From Amoeboaphelidium protococcarum X5 (Eukaryota > Fungi > Aphelidiomycota), in contig JALDTO010000142.1 in NCBI GenBank assembly GCA_023515725.1, positions 434,001-498,000 on the forward strand: a stretch of 64,000 nt of DNA. The letters run 5' to 3'. Under the pieces are notes generated by a model. The model did no database searches. It was not told where the DNA came from and was given only the letters and a program-made list of their open reading frames with translations. Shown here piece by piece: positions 12,582 to 23,887 of the stretch (positions within the stretch are counted from its first letter, which is position 1; every line of letters begins with the position of its first letter). A program made the position numbers and the translations under genes.

Positions 12582-14138
12582 TCATTCATTTTGCTGATCA
12601 CAATTGTAATTAGAAGTTTCACTAAGACTAGTCAATTATACCACTTCTTCATCTTGCTAAGATTCGCTTTATACATTGTCAAATACATTCTTCACCTCCT
12701 GATCAGACTTACCCTCTAGAAAGTAGGCAACCGCAGAGTGTCCGATGGCAGTGACCATGCTGTAAGATATCACAGCACTACCTCCGGAACTCACCCCAGG
12801 TATGAACATCAACTTCAACATTTAGGAGAGGAAATATCGCGCAGTCAGTGCAGCCACTGAGGAGAATCCAATCACGGTCAAAAAGTTTTGCAACGATGCA
12901 CTACGCTCTGTACTATTAGGAGGTGGCGTCGAGTCCTTAGACGACTGTATTTATGGTCTCCGACCAGAGCCAAGCTTGGATATAGTGTATACAAGATAAG
13001 AGGTGAGTGCAGTCAAAGGAATCATGTCAGATGTAGGAATTGGAACGAGTGAGATCACGGCAGCCATAGATGCAAAAATCTTGATTAAAAATACTGCAAA
13101 GTCCTTCTTCACCTGACTAGTTCTCGATGCTTAAACCGTCTTAAATAAAGCCTATATTTACACATTTCTCAGCAGTAAATCCAGTAAAGCATCCATGTTG
13201 TATCTGTAATCTCTTTTAGGATGTGGAAGAACATTACCATCATCATTCGGTGCTTACCATATGATAGCTGAAGATACAGCGACGCATCCGACAATTAGGG
13301 AAGATAGTTGAGGAGAGTACTGATGAAAGTTCTTTAGGAATACTTGCTTGGCCAGATCAATGTTATCAAGTTTCTCCTGGTCATAATCTTCAGGCTTCTT
13401 GATATCGGATGGCTCAATCTCATCTGCATGAGTCAAGACTACAATCAGAGGAATCTTGGATTGATATAAACGCGCCCGCTTTAAAATCTCGAGTAATGCA
13501 GCCAAATCTGGCTCTATAGACACGTCAACTTCCTTAATCTTATGAAGTAAAAGTATCGCATCGACCGGACAGATGGTGAGCGCATTCACCACAGAATCTA
13601 TGGCATTGTCCACAGTATCCTCTTCAGCGGGTCTGGCATCATTATCGAAAAATCCCCTAGTGTCAATTATATCGAAACCTTGGTCATCATCAACTCGATA
13701 TTATAACAACTTTGCCTTACCAGTTTATGCCTTGACATGTCCAGGTTCAGCCACTTTCTTTCCAAGTAGAGCATTAATTAGCGAACTCTTACCAGCACCG
13801 CGGCGAGATACCACCGCAAGTCTAGGATATCGCGGCTTTTACAACAGTCTCATAAGGAATCTGAGGTTTCGCTGGAATTCATGGAGCTTGTCAATGTAGG
13901 GAGCAAACTTTTTATTAGAGGCATTTTTAGATACAGACTCAATCCAAGTGTCCGCTTGTTAATAGATAGATTTCAAGAATTAAGCTTCATCATTATCATC
14001 ATTCGCGGTATCGCTTTATGACATTTCTTACATTTCAATACTCTCGCCCATTGTAGACGCATCTTCATCCTAATCATACTAACTATCAATGAGCTACTCT
14101 GTCAAAAAATCGAATCTAAACGTTTATCGTCGCTGCAT
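12582..14138 (-). CDS. TRAFAC GTPase (Era/YeeP-like) with C-terminal DUF697/YcjF-like hydrophobic region
   Basis: G1 VVSRRGAGKSSLINAL, G2 GHVKAQTG, G3 IIDTRG, G4 VLTHAD; C-terminal VPIPTSDMIPLTAL and FIPGVSSG..AIGHSAVAYF. Confidence 0.85.
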
Positions 14139-14269
14139 ACTTTGATTTAATGTTCTATATTCAATTTAAAGTTGTCGTATCGCATCAGGATCGGCGCGGA
14201 AAGAAGGGAAACAAGTTCAAGGTAATATGTACTTCGTCTATAAATTTAAGAACTTTCAATTTAATAATG

Positions 14270-16108
14270 TCATGAGATTTAAGCAGCTAGAACGAGGGAA
14301 GATATTATAATTGCTGGCAGAGTGAGACTGAGACCAGCATCGAGGGAAAACTTGATGGGTGAAATTTTAGCGTCACCGTGTTGCAGTAACATTGGTGACA
14401 CGATTTTGATCCATAGCAGACCAGCTAATGCCGCGTTTATACTCAGATTTCCGCCCAGATTACTTCCTAAGATAAGGGAATATATGGCGGAAGAGAATGA
14501 CTTTTAAGCCAATTCAGCATCGTGTAATCTCTGCAGACCACATACGAATGACGGATGGATAAAGATTTTAGTTAGTAGCACGGTGAGAGGTTGATTGTTA
14601 AAGACGACACAAAGGGCAGAGGCAACCAGTGACATAACCACAGTGACGCTGTAAATTCCATTAGTCTACATCAAATTAATGATCAGTTCTTGAAATAACC
14701 AGGACATTCTGCTCAACCAGCCTTGTGAGTCAAGAGCTTCTACCAGCACAAACATGCACAAGATAAATGGCGCGATTTTCCACGGCATTCTCTCTGCAAC
14801 TTGACATACTCTTATTGGAATATATCGTTTTACAGGCCGCAGAAAAGACTATATACTGTATTTTTTAGATGTACCTATATCCGTCAGAGGAGCTGATGTA
14901 ACTATACCATCATCAACTTCGGATGCTTACAAATGGGACATCTCAATAAGATGATTCTCATCAGGGCGATGATCAACTTGTCTGACAATAAATCGATTAT
15001 AAAGACAATCTTTAAGTAGCGCAAATAAGGCAGAAGGTAAAGTGATGACCCACAATGGAATACGTAGTGGGCTGGACGCAATTAAGAGAAGTAGACATAC
15101 GCCTAACAATACACAGCTAGCCACCAGACTCCATTTTTCGTCAATTTATAATGAATCTCGCGACTTGTCACCGCCAATATACTTTATAGGTCCAACAGAA
15201 GTTAATTATCTACTCTTTACTCGTATAATCATCTCATGATACCCCCTAATAGAAAGGGGTATGGTAGGTCCACTATCACCAGATGTAAGCGCGCTGAATA
15301 AACCAAATCGGATGTACGAGCATATGAAGACCACAATCCCAGCAATCAAACATGGAGCCATAAATATATTGGCGTACTGCATAAAACTTAGACTGAGAGC
15401 ACTAGACACAATAACATTGGTAGGATTCCCAATATAAAATCCCATACTAAAAGTATTAGCCACGACAAACTGCAAAATCATGAACGGATACGCATCGAAA
15501 TGATTAATCTAACATATTCTAATCAGAATCGGAGTTAGGGTGAGAATAACAACGTCGTTGGACAAAAGGAGAGTAGCGATAGCAGTGAAGACATAGAATA
15601 CAATGTAAAATTAATGATACTGTACCAATTGGGCTCTAACTTGAATCACGTCCACAATTTCACCTTGATCGTCACCATCTTGTGGATATCTACTCTCATC
15701 CTAGCCTGATTATGATCCAAAAATTGACCGAGATATCTTCTATGCTATAAGAGAGAATATTCCAGAGCAGTCGACACTTATGCACAGATATGCAAGTGAG
15801 AAGAATAGAATGAATATGGCATAAGGTTAGATATGCCCAGAGCCAATGATTCCACTCCACAGATCAGAAAAAGATACACCACCAATAAAGAGATTACCAA
15901 ATGTGACAATAAGCGCAGAAATACAATAATCAATCTCATATCCTCTAATCTTGATATCTAACGAAATCGGGATGAGACTGATCAAGAAGGACACCAGCAG
16001 GAAGTAAGACTAGAAAGTTAATGGCTGAAAACCAGAATCTTGACCATTATCAAGTTGCTGAGCAGCGCAAAACTTGGTCATGTTCCCACCTTCTATAATA
16101 GATTCCAT
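14270..16108 (-). CDS. ArsB/NhaD (IT superfamily) membrane transporter
   Basis: LLSNDVVILTLTP, ANTFSMGFYIGNPTNVIV, MPWKIAPF..FVLVEAL, FNNQPLT, GSNLGGNLSINAALAGLLW. Confidence 0.9.
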
Positions 16109-16494
16109 TACTGATTTTTATAAAAAAAAACAAGTATAAATTTTAGATTTGAATGAAAACAAAATCAATTTTATAAAAAGAATACCAAAAAGCTTAAATC
16201 ACTTCAAACAATCAACTTTCCAAATTCTTTGCTGTGTGAAACAGATCGTGTTAAAAACGTAATAAGTAGAAAACAAATAATAACCAATTATTGTTATTTC
16301 TACTTCACTTGAAGAAGTAGTTTGATCATTTTTCACTGACGTTGTACGTGTTTCGTCACAACCCAACAGATCGATCGACTTTGATCAGCGTGAGACAGTT
16401 TGCCCTCTTTCAGACAGTCCAGCCAGAGTTGGGCCACGTTCTATTCGTCGAAAGAGACTATTGTGGTGAGTTAGTAACAAATCGAGTCTTATCA

Positions 16495-17088
16495 TCATTT
16501 CTAACATCTTTTGATGTAGCCGCAAAAGTGAACATAATTTGCCCTGTAAGCAGACTCGACCCCATGCTTAGAAATCTTATTTCCGCGATAGTCAACAGTC
16601 ATCACAGGACTAGTACCCGGTTTGTGCCACCATTCTTCAGCAGTTGAACCTTCCTCGCCTGGTCTCATCAAGCGAAACCAGTGTTAGTCGCCAAAATCAA
16701 AGGTTACCACTCCGGCCATGTAATGACATTTGATGTTGTCTGAGTAGCTTCCCACTTGATCTTTACTCACCTTCACGCCACCATCATTGATAGCTGCCTG
16801 AATGATGCTCTTGCACGTGAAATTATTACTGGCATTATAGATTTAAGCCGGAGCTATCAAGCCAGATGCGAAACGATAGCAGTTGTTATCTCTCACAAAC
16901 TCTGGTTGCTTCCACTTTTGAGGCACCTTTGGATTATCAGTGGTCTGCACCTGTTGCATAACGCGCTACATTATTTTCAAGTCAGCTTTACTAACGCCCG
17001 GTGCCACCATTTCACCATTAGGTACACTCAGAGTCCCCATACAAAGTAGATAAGTAATCAGAACAAACACTTGAAGATAATAATGCAT
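16495..17088 (-). CDS. Secreted 197-aa papain-like (Cys-His) protein of the NNCY...HWxR...W.HKPG family
   Basis: Signal peptide MHYYLQVFVLITYLLCMGTLS; KW..PEFVRDNNCYRFA; TCKSIIQAAINDG; DQHWFR; WWHKPG; RANYVHFCGY; ends TGA TGA; absent from the ORF track. Confidence 0.85.
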
Positions 17089-17587
17089 TTCCCTCTATAT
17101 TTATTATAATCTATGTATGTGTGAATATTTGAAACAAGATTCGTGGTCTTAAACTAGATATAAAAATTCAGATTAGAAAGAAGTGACTGAATGCTCAATA
17201 TATCAAACCATTCAATTTTCACTAATGCTACATGTGATCTTGGCGACTTATCCTTATTGGCAAGATGAGACTTCGCGTCTCAGCAGATGATCAGTATAAT
17301 TAATCAGATGTAACATCAATTCCGTGGGTATTCTCACATATCACAATTATTGTCGCTGCATTATTTAGAGACAACTATATAAGCATACGAATACTGTGAA
17401 AATTCCTTTTGTTTAATACGCTGTTTATCGTTTGTGCATTATAATTTAGTTACGAAATGCTTCTGCTTTTGCTACTGCTTTGCGGCTTGCTTCATTGACC
17501 TCGTTTGCGCATTAACTTTTTAACGCTTCGATACATTATTATTATTATTATTATCATCCGCATACAAAACAATCGAAATTATTAAAG

Positions 17588-18940
17588 ATGAACTATATAT
17601 TCGTTGGCTAGTACATCCACTGTCTAAGTTTCGATGAAGTGGAGATGAAGAGTGGTGTGATTGTGGTCAAGGATGGCCGTGTGAAGTGTGTGTAATCCAC
17701 CATCCCCGAGGATATTGATCACGCTTACTATGAAATTGTCACTTTGCATGAGAACTAATTTCTCTTACCCGGCTTTATCGATACGCACTTCCACGCTCCT
17801 CAGTATCTCAATCTTGGTCTTGGTCTGGATCTGCCTCTGCTCGATTGGTTGAATAAATACACGTTTCCAAGGGAGACGCTGTTCCAAGATGCTGACGTGG
17901 CACGCGCTGTGTACCCGCACGTTGTACGCAAGACTATCTAGAATGGAACTACGTCTTGTGTTTACTACGCCACTATCCATCTGCAGTCATGCAAAGTATT
18001 GGCCGATATTGTCAGTGAGATGGGATAGCGTGCTCTTGTTGGGCTCGTCAACATGGATAGAAACTCGCCCGAAACTCTTGTGCAGTCAACTGATTAGTCA
18101 TTGCGAGACACTGAAGAGTTTATCCTGTACGTTTATAAAGAGCTAAAATCAGACAAGGTAAGACCTATCATAACTCCAAGATTTGCAATCTCATGTACCG
18201 ATAAACTATTAGCCGGTCTGGGAGAGTTGGCGTACAAGTATATCGTTCCAGTATAGAGCCATTTATCTGAGAATTTGAAAGAGATCGAGTGGACGATGCA
18301 GCTATTCCCAAAGTGCAAGACGTATTCCCAAGTTTATGACTCTCATGGATTAATGGACACGTAAACCATCATGGCTCATGGTGTGCATCTGAGTGACGAA
18401 GAATTACAGTTGCTATCTAAACGTGGTGTCGGAATTGCTCATTGCGCTAATAGCAATTTTAGTATCTTATCTGGCGTTTGCGATGTCAGGCGACTGATTG
18501 CTGCCGGAGTCAAAGTTGGCCTGGGTACAGATGTTGGTGCTGGGTCTTCAGTCTCAATGCTGGATGCCATGAGGAATGCGGTGACAGCATCTAAAGTACT
18601 GGCTCAGTAGAAGGATTAGCTCAATCTCTAGCTTACACCATATCATGCTCTATATTTGGCTACTATGGGCGGTGCTTAATTGATGAATGTCGAGGACGAG
18701 ATTGGAAACTTTTTACCTGGTAATAAATTTGATGCTCTTTTGGTTGAAGTTTGCGGTAAAGATGACGCCAAGAGCATTAAACAGATGGATAATAAAGTAA
18801 CGACGGGAAGATCAATCGCAAGTGACAACATTGATGTGTGGAATGTGGACTCTCTTCAAGACAAGTTTCATAGATTCTTTTACTCTGGGGATGATCGTAA
18901 CATTATAAATGTCTTCATTGACGGTAAGCGCGTCAAGTGA
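17588..18940 (+). CDS. GUD1: Guanine deaminase
   Basis: LPGFIDTHFHAPQY, LLDWLNKYTFPRE, TPRFAISC, QSHLSEN..E, MAHGVHL, GLGTDVGAG, GDDRNI. Confidence 0.96.
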
Positions 18941-19021
18941 ATAAAGTTTGAGTGGCTTGGCAAAATTAATTCTTATCTACTGTATTATTTACTTTTTGAA
19001 CTTGAAATGTAAAGGGTTTTG

Positions 19022-20320
19022 GTTCACTTCTTGGATGAACTTGACTATAGCTGGGCGTCTCAATGGAACGCTAGACTACTACTCCTAACAGCGGCCTTAT
19101 GATCGAACTATCTCCTCTCTTGTCATTGTTTAACGGAAATTGATGAAGAATCTCTCGCGTTTTTAGACTAGATAGGTAATTACGCAATGTTTTTAAATGG
19201 TTTTAGAACTGCGCTTTAATTGTGAATCCAGCATGGTAATGCTAGTTAATTGCTGGGTATTAGAAGAACTATTACGAAGGTACACGGTATTAGTTGCTTA
19301 TTAGGTGCGGTCGTTATTCTAGATATAATAAAATTTGCCAACAATGTCAATTAATCTGGCGTTCTAGTCTTTAATTCGGTGAAGCGTAGGATTTAATGAA
19401 TGATAGACTAGTGCGGACCCTTGAATTATGAATGCCTTGAATAGAGTAGTAACCAATTGGAATATTGATTAAAGAAGGTCAATTTAACGTCCTTGCCCGA
19501 GGCAACCCTGGATATGAATGTGCTGATTATCGTTTAAGGGCTCTTCGCTGTGAGAATAAACGCGTGGAAATAGTACGTTGACGATCATCTTTGCAATTTG
19601 CATAAAGTATTGCCATCCATTGCACTTCTTGCCAATGAACCTAGATTTTCCATTCAATGGTTAGTATAGTCTGTCATAAGTTATCACTTAACACGTTCCT
19701 TATTAATGACTGGTTCTGGTTCCCAAACTCCTGTCGTCCATGTTAATCAGTTGATGTTGATAAATCAATAATTCCAGTAATAGAAACAATATTTATCTGA
19801 TCGAAGGTAATAGTTCTAAATGCATGTTGCTTAAACCGCTGTGCCGCCTTCTGTACCTCTGGTTGCCCCCACTCCAATGAAGAAGCAAATCATATATTCC
19901 GAGACATTATGAAAGACTCAACTTTAGTTAATGTCACAAATAAAGACCGCGAAAAAGTAAATGTCCTCTATTCCAGGTGGGTTCTATGACTATGGTAAAG
20001 CTTAAGTTTTAATGACTATTTTACTCAATAGTACTATATCCGCAATGTTCGCAAACGTCGACAAGTATGCAGAGAGTAAGCTCACGAAATGGATGCAGCA
20101 CTGTACCATATGTAGCTAGCGGTTAATCACACTGAATGCTTAAAAAATTGGTTGTCCCGTTGACATTTGCAAATTTGTAGAGTCTCTTCGCTGGCTTTCA
20201 ATATTGGATAGAATAGAAATGACATGCTGTGGTTGGTCTAACATCTAAAGTTTGAGGAGAGAATAGGAATAAGTAGAATAAATCTTCTAATAATTTACGC
20301 GTAAATGGGAGCGTGTCTGA
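19022..20320 (+). pseudogene. Possible decayed ORF (frame 2) with five internal TGA and a Cys-rich end
   Basis: Protein-like Gln/Pro-rich text, TGA at 19100, 19223, 19397, 19466, 19910; no family recognised; stop density not clearly below random. Confidence 0.3.
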
Positions 20321-20399
20321 TGTAGAAGTGAGGTTGTGTACTTAAAAATGGTCAGAGCAGTGAGTAAAGTTTTCCGCTGTACCAGGCGTAACTGAAAAA

Positions 20400-21410
20400 G
20401 CTGTTAACAAATTTTGAGGTAAGCGAATAACAGGATAAGGAGTCTGGTGAAAGAGTCGAAGCTGTTGCGTCCCAATCTGCGAAGTACCTAATGATGCATC
20501 TCATTCAGTTCAAAGCGACTTGGTCGCGATGTTCAGCAAAGTATTGGGTGAACTAACTGGCAGCATCAAAGCATTGATGACACGTGATGGAAAGTCAGGT
20601 GAAAAGAGATCTCGCAAGGATAATGAGGTTTTCTGCTCTAACTGTAAGAGATATGGCAATCATGTAGAAGATGAGTGCTAGAATTTAGAGAAGAACAAAG
20701 CGAAGCGTCCGTCCTGGAACACCAGCCTGCACAACTACGCGGCGACGAAACGTGGACTTCTTGGCTAGATTTTTTCATTAGGTCACATCCATCGTGCTGG
20801 GAGCATACTGTCCGGTCTGATATCTCTGGTCAAAGTTGCGGGGTGTTTGGTCATGCTCTTGCGCATTATGGCATGGTTAAGTGCTAACAAAATTGAAACC
20901 ATAGATCTGGGGATATAGCTATTGGGATCATCTAGTCTACTGTGACGGAGGATTGAATATTCACATTACAAATCAGAAGTTTGCCTATAAGTGCATTAAA
21001 GTCATCAGTAATTTGTTCAATAGAAAGTCAAAGTTTGAGCTGCTCCTTAAGGGTGGCAAGTGCACGGTATATAATGACCACATTGCGCGAACGTTTTTGC
21101 TTACGTAGAAGCATACAATTCCAATGTGGGAACGATGGTTAGATTTTCTTCTGCAATTTGACTTTGATGTGATACATATCTCTAGGCATAAGAATGTAAT
21201 AGCGGATGCATTGTCCCGCTAGTGTGAGAAATGGAAATTGGGGAGAAAGTGCGAAGTTCATGAAGGACATAGGGTGTCACACTTAGATTTGATGCTGGCT
21301 AAAGATTTCATTTTGAGACGTTTACCACAAAGCGAAATTGATGGCAAAGTGTTAGTTAATGAGACTGAAAGACGACAGTTATTGAAGGATGTTCATGACT
21401 TTGGACTCGT
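20400..21410 (+). mobile_element. Decayed, internally deleted Ty3/gypsy LTR-retrotransposon fragment (gag zinc knuckle, RNase H, start of integrase region)
   Basis: CSNCKRYGNHVEDEC (20634-20678); NYAATKRGLL (20733); KFELLLKGGKCTVYNDH..TQKH..RWLDFLLQFDFDVIH..NVIADALSR (21031-21219); RRQLLKDVHDFG. Confidence 0.88.
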
Positions 21411-21856
21411 TGGGACTGATAGCAGGCTCGCCACAATAATTGATGTGCAATTGACTTTTGGCCCATTTACTGCCACGGTTGCAACAACAACTATTTCACT
21501 GGATACAAATAACTGCCGAATAGTTGATATCCGTCTAATTGTCTTTGTATAACTTGTCGATCCGTAGTGTTCTTCTAGTGCAGTTGACGCTGCTAAAGAA
21601 TTGTCAGGCTGTCTCCCACAGTGCTTTGTAGGAAGTATAAAGCAATGACAAAAAGGTGGGAGGAGAGCAATATAAAACTTTTCATGCTGCGAGATATAAT
21701 AACCAAATCCGGTTACCGTGAAGCAATTAAAAAAAGACTAAGATATTCAAAAAAATTGCATTATCATTGGTTATATTAAATCTCCAAATTCATAAATGTC
21801 CTTCCACTGTGTAAATGCCAATTATCACGTACGTAATCATGCAAAACAACCCAAGA

Positions 21857-23152
21857 TCAGTACTTGTAATCCTTGACGTGCAAGCTTTCTGAACCAGCAC
21901 CAGCCATACCTGCCTCATGCTTGGAAGCTTCATACTGACCCAGAGCAGCCAGGCTATTAGCCTTGGCTCTAACCAACAGAATACGCTGAGCCTCCTTCAC
22001 ATTCTCCTCTTTACCCTGCCAAGCCTTCAACACTGAAGCTTATAGAGCACGTCCGTAAGAGAAAGTCAATGCCCAAGGCTTCTTTACAAAACAACTTCCC
22101 TGCTTCTAACCACTGGTAGAAGTTGGAGATGGAACAGCAGCTGCAACGTTGATATCGTTCAAATTCTGAGTAGCCTCTTGCTCACTCTAACCACCACTCA
22201 AAAAAGTGACACCACCAACTGAAGATGGCACACAGCGTCTCAGTACAGCAGCAGTGGCCACCGCAACATCAGCACTACTGACCTTACCCTTAAAGTCCAC
22301 ACCAGGACATACCATGTTCGGCTTCAGCAGTGTACCCTCCAAATACACATTGTTCACGTGCAGGCGATAGTAGACTGCAGACAGCACACGGGTGGCAACT
22401 CTAACAGCAACTTCCAAGTCATGATCACCATCCATCAAAATCTCAGGCTCAACAATAGGCACTAAACCATTAGCCTGACAGATGGCAGCATAACGAGCCA
22501 GCACCTCAGCATTCTCATCAATGGACAGCTGCGATGGACATCCAGTCTTGGTGTCAATCTTGAGCACACTACGCCACTTTGCAAATCTCGCGCCATCCTA
22601 GTAGTACTTGGCACAGCGCTCACCCAGACCGTCCAAACCTTGAGTGGTGGTTTCATTATCAGTACCAGGTAGATGCACGACACCCTTGTCAACCTTGATA
22701 CCAACTAGAATACCAGCATCGCGAATGACATCGACAAATCTGCGACCATCCTTCGTCTTCTAGTACAGAGTCTCCTCAAAGAAGATGACGCCACCCAAAT
22801 ACTGACTCAACTCTACACATAAACACACACACGCACTTCATCAAGAAGTCGAAAGTTAAAATATAAGCACATATGTATTATGTATATAAGATTTACCTTT
22901 AGGATCAGCAGTGAACAATAGCTCACGGTAGCGGCGTCTATTCTCTTCATTGTTCTCCACAGAGATTGGCTGAAAGCGCTTGCCAATAGTTCCGGTACTT
23001 TCGTCTGCAGCGAGAATACCTTTACCGGCAGCCACAATTGCCTGTGCGTTCTTGTACAGCTCTTGTACACGCTCCTCGCTCAACTTTGGCGTATGTGGAG
23101 CCAATCCAGAAGTATAAGTGATCGATGCGTCCTTAATTGAAGTTCCTGCCAT
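21857..23152 (-). CDS. Fructose-bisphosphate aldolase, class I; intron 22896-22813
   Basis: [65 protein letters not shown] (Q=TAG), FSYGRALQAS (Q=TAA), C-terminal Tyr. Confidence 0.97.
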
Positions 23153-23887
23153 TGTGAAGTTGATGAGTATTATTACTTTAGTTGTTATTTCAGTTCGAAA
23201 AAGATGTCAACGGGTGGATCTATTACGAGAAGGCGACCAAAAGAAAGCGCGAATCGATCAACAACGAACGGCTAAAGTCCTAAAGGGCGCTTGTGCTGAG
23301 CGAGTGAAAGAGATCAATCGCCTTGTTGAGATGCGAGAGAAAACGTTAACGCTCATCTTACTATTGAAATGCTCACGCGGCGTCCACTCATAGCGCTAAA
23401 TTTGAAACAATCAGCTCTATGGTCTGTCTGAGCACATTATAATGATTCAGTTATCATAGTGTAGAGCACGCGATTCCACCCAGATTACACGCGGTATCTA
23501 TACAGCTTGAGCGGATTGTTAACTTGCTCATTTACTATAACTCACACTATGACCTAAGGATTTAATATCTTCTGCAAAGACTTTGTACGATTAAGTGTTA
23601 CAATCTATATTTAATTTAGTTGTGATTGAGTCAAACCAATCAGAGCTGGTGTTCCGGAACACAACCAGTCAGCGCTTGGCTAACTTTGATGCACAGAGCT
23701 TTGTACTATGGTCACTTGCACTCTTCATTCAAAGTATTGTAGTATCAGTCTATAAGATTCCATTTGTTTGTGTATAACTATCGCACTGTTATTTCCATAG
23801 TAATAATAACACCATTATTGTATCAATCTTCGTCGCTGTGTGCGTGTGTGAATATATATATTTGAAGATCATTGATAATAAGATACG

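Noticed and set aside
17267-17283. Small inverted repeat TGAGAC-TTCGC-GTCTCA
   Set aside because: Too short to distinguish from chance; no associated element
19022-20320. TGA read-through (all three stops reassigned) to explain TGA-containing frames
   Set aside because: No conserved gene in the window contains an internal TGA; only unrecognisable regions do
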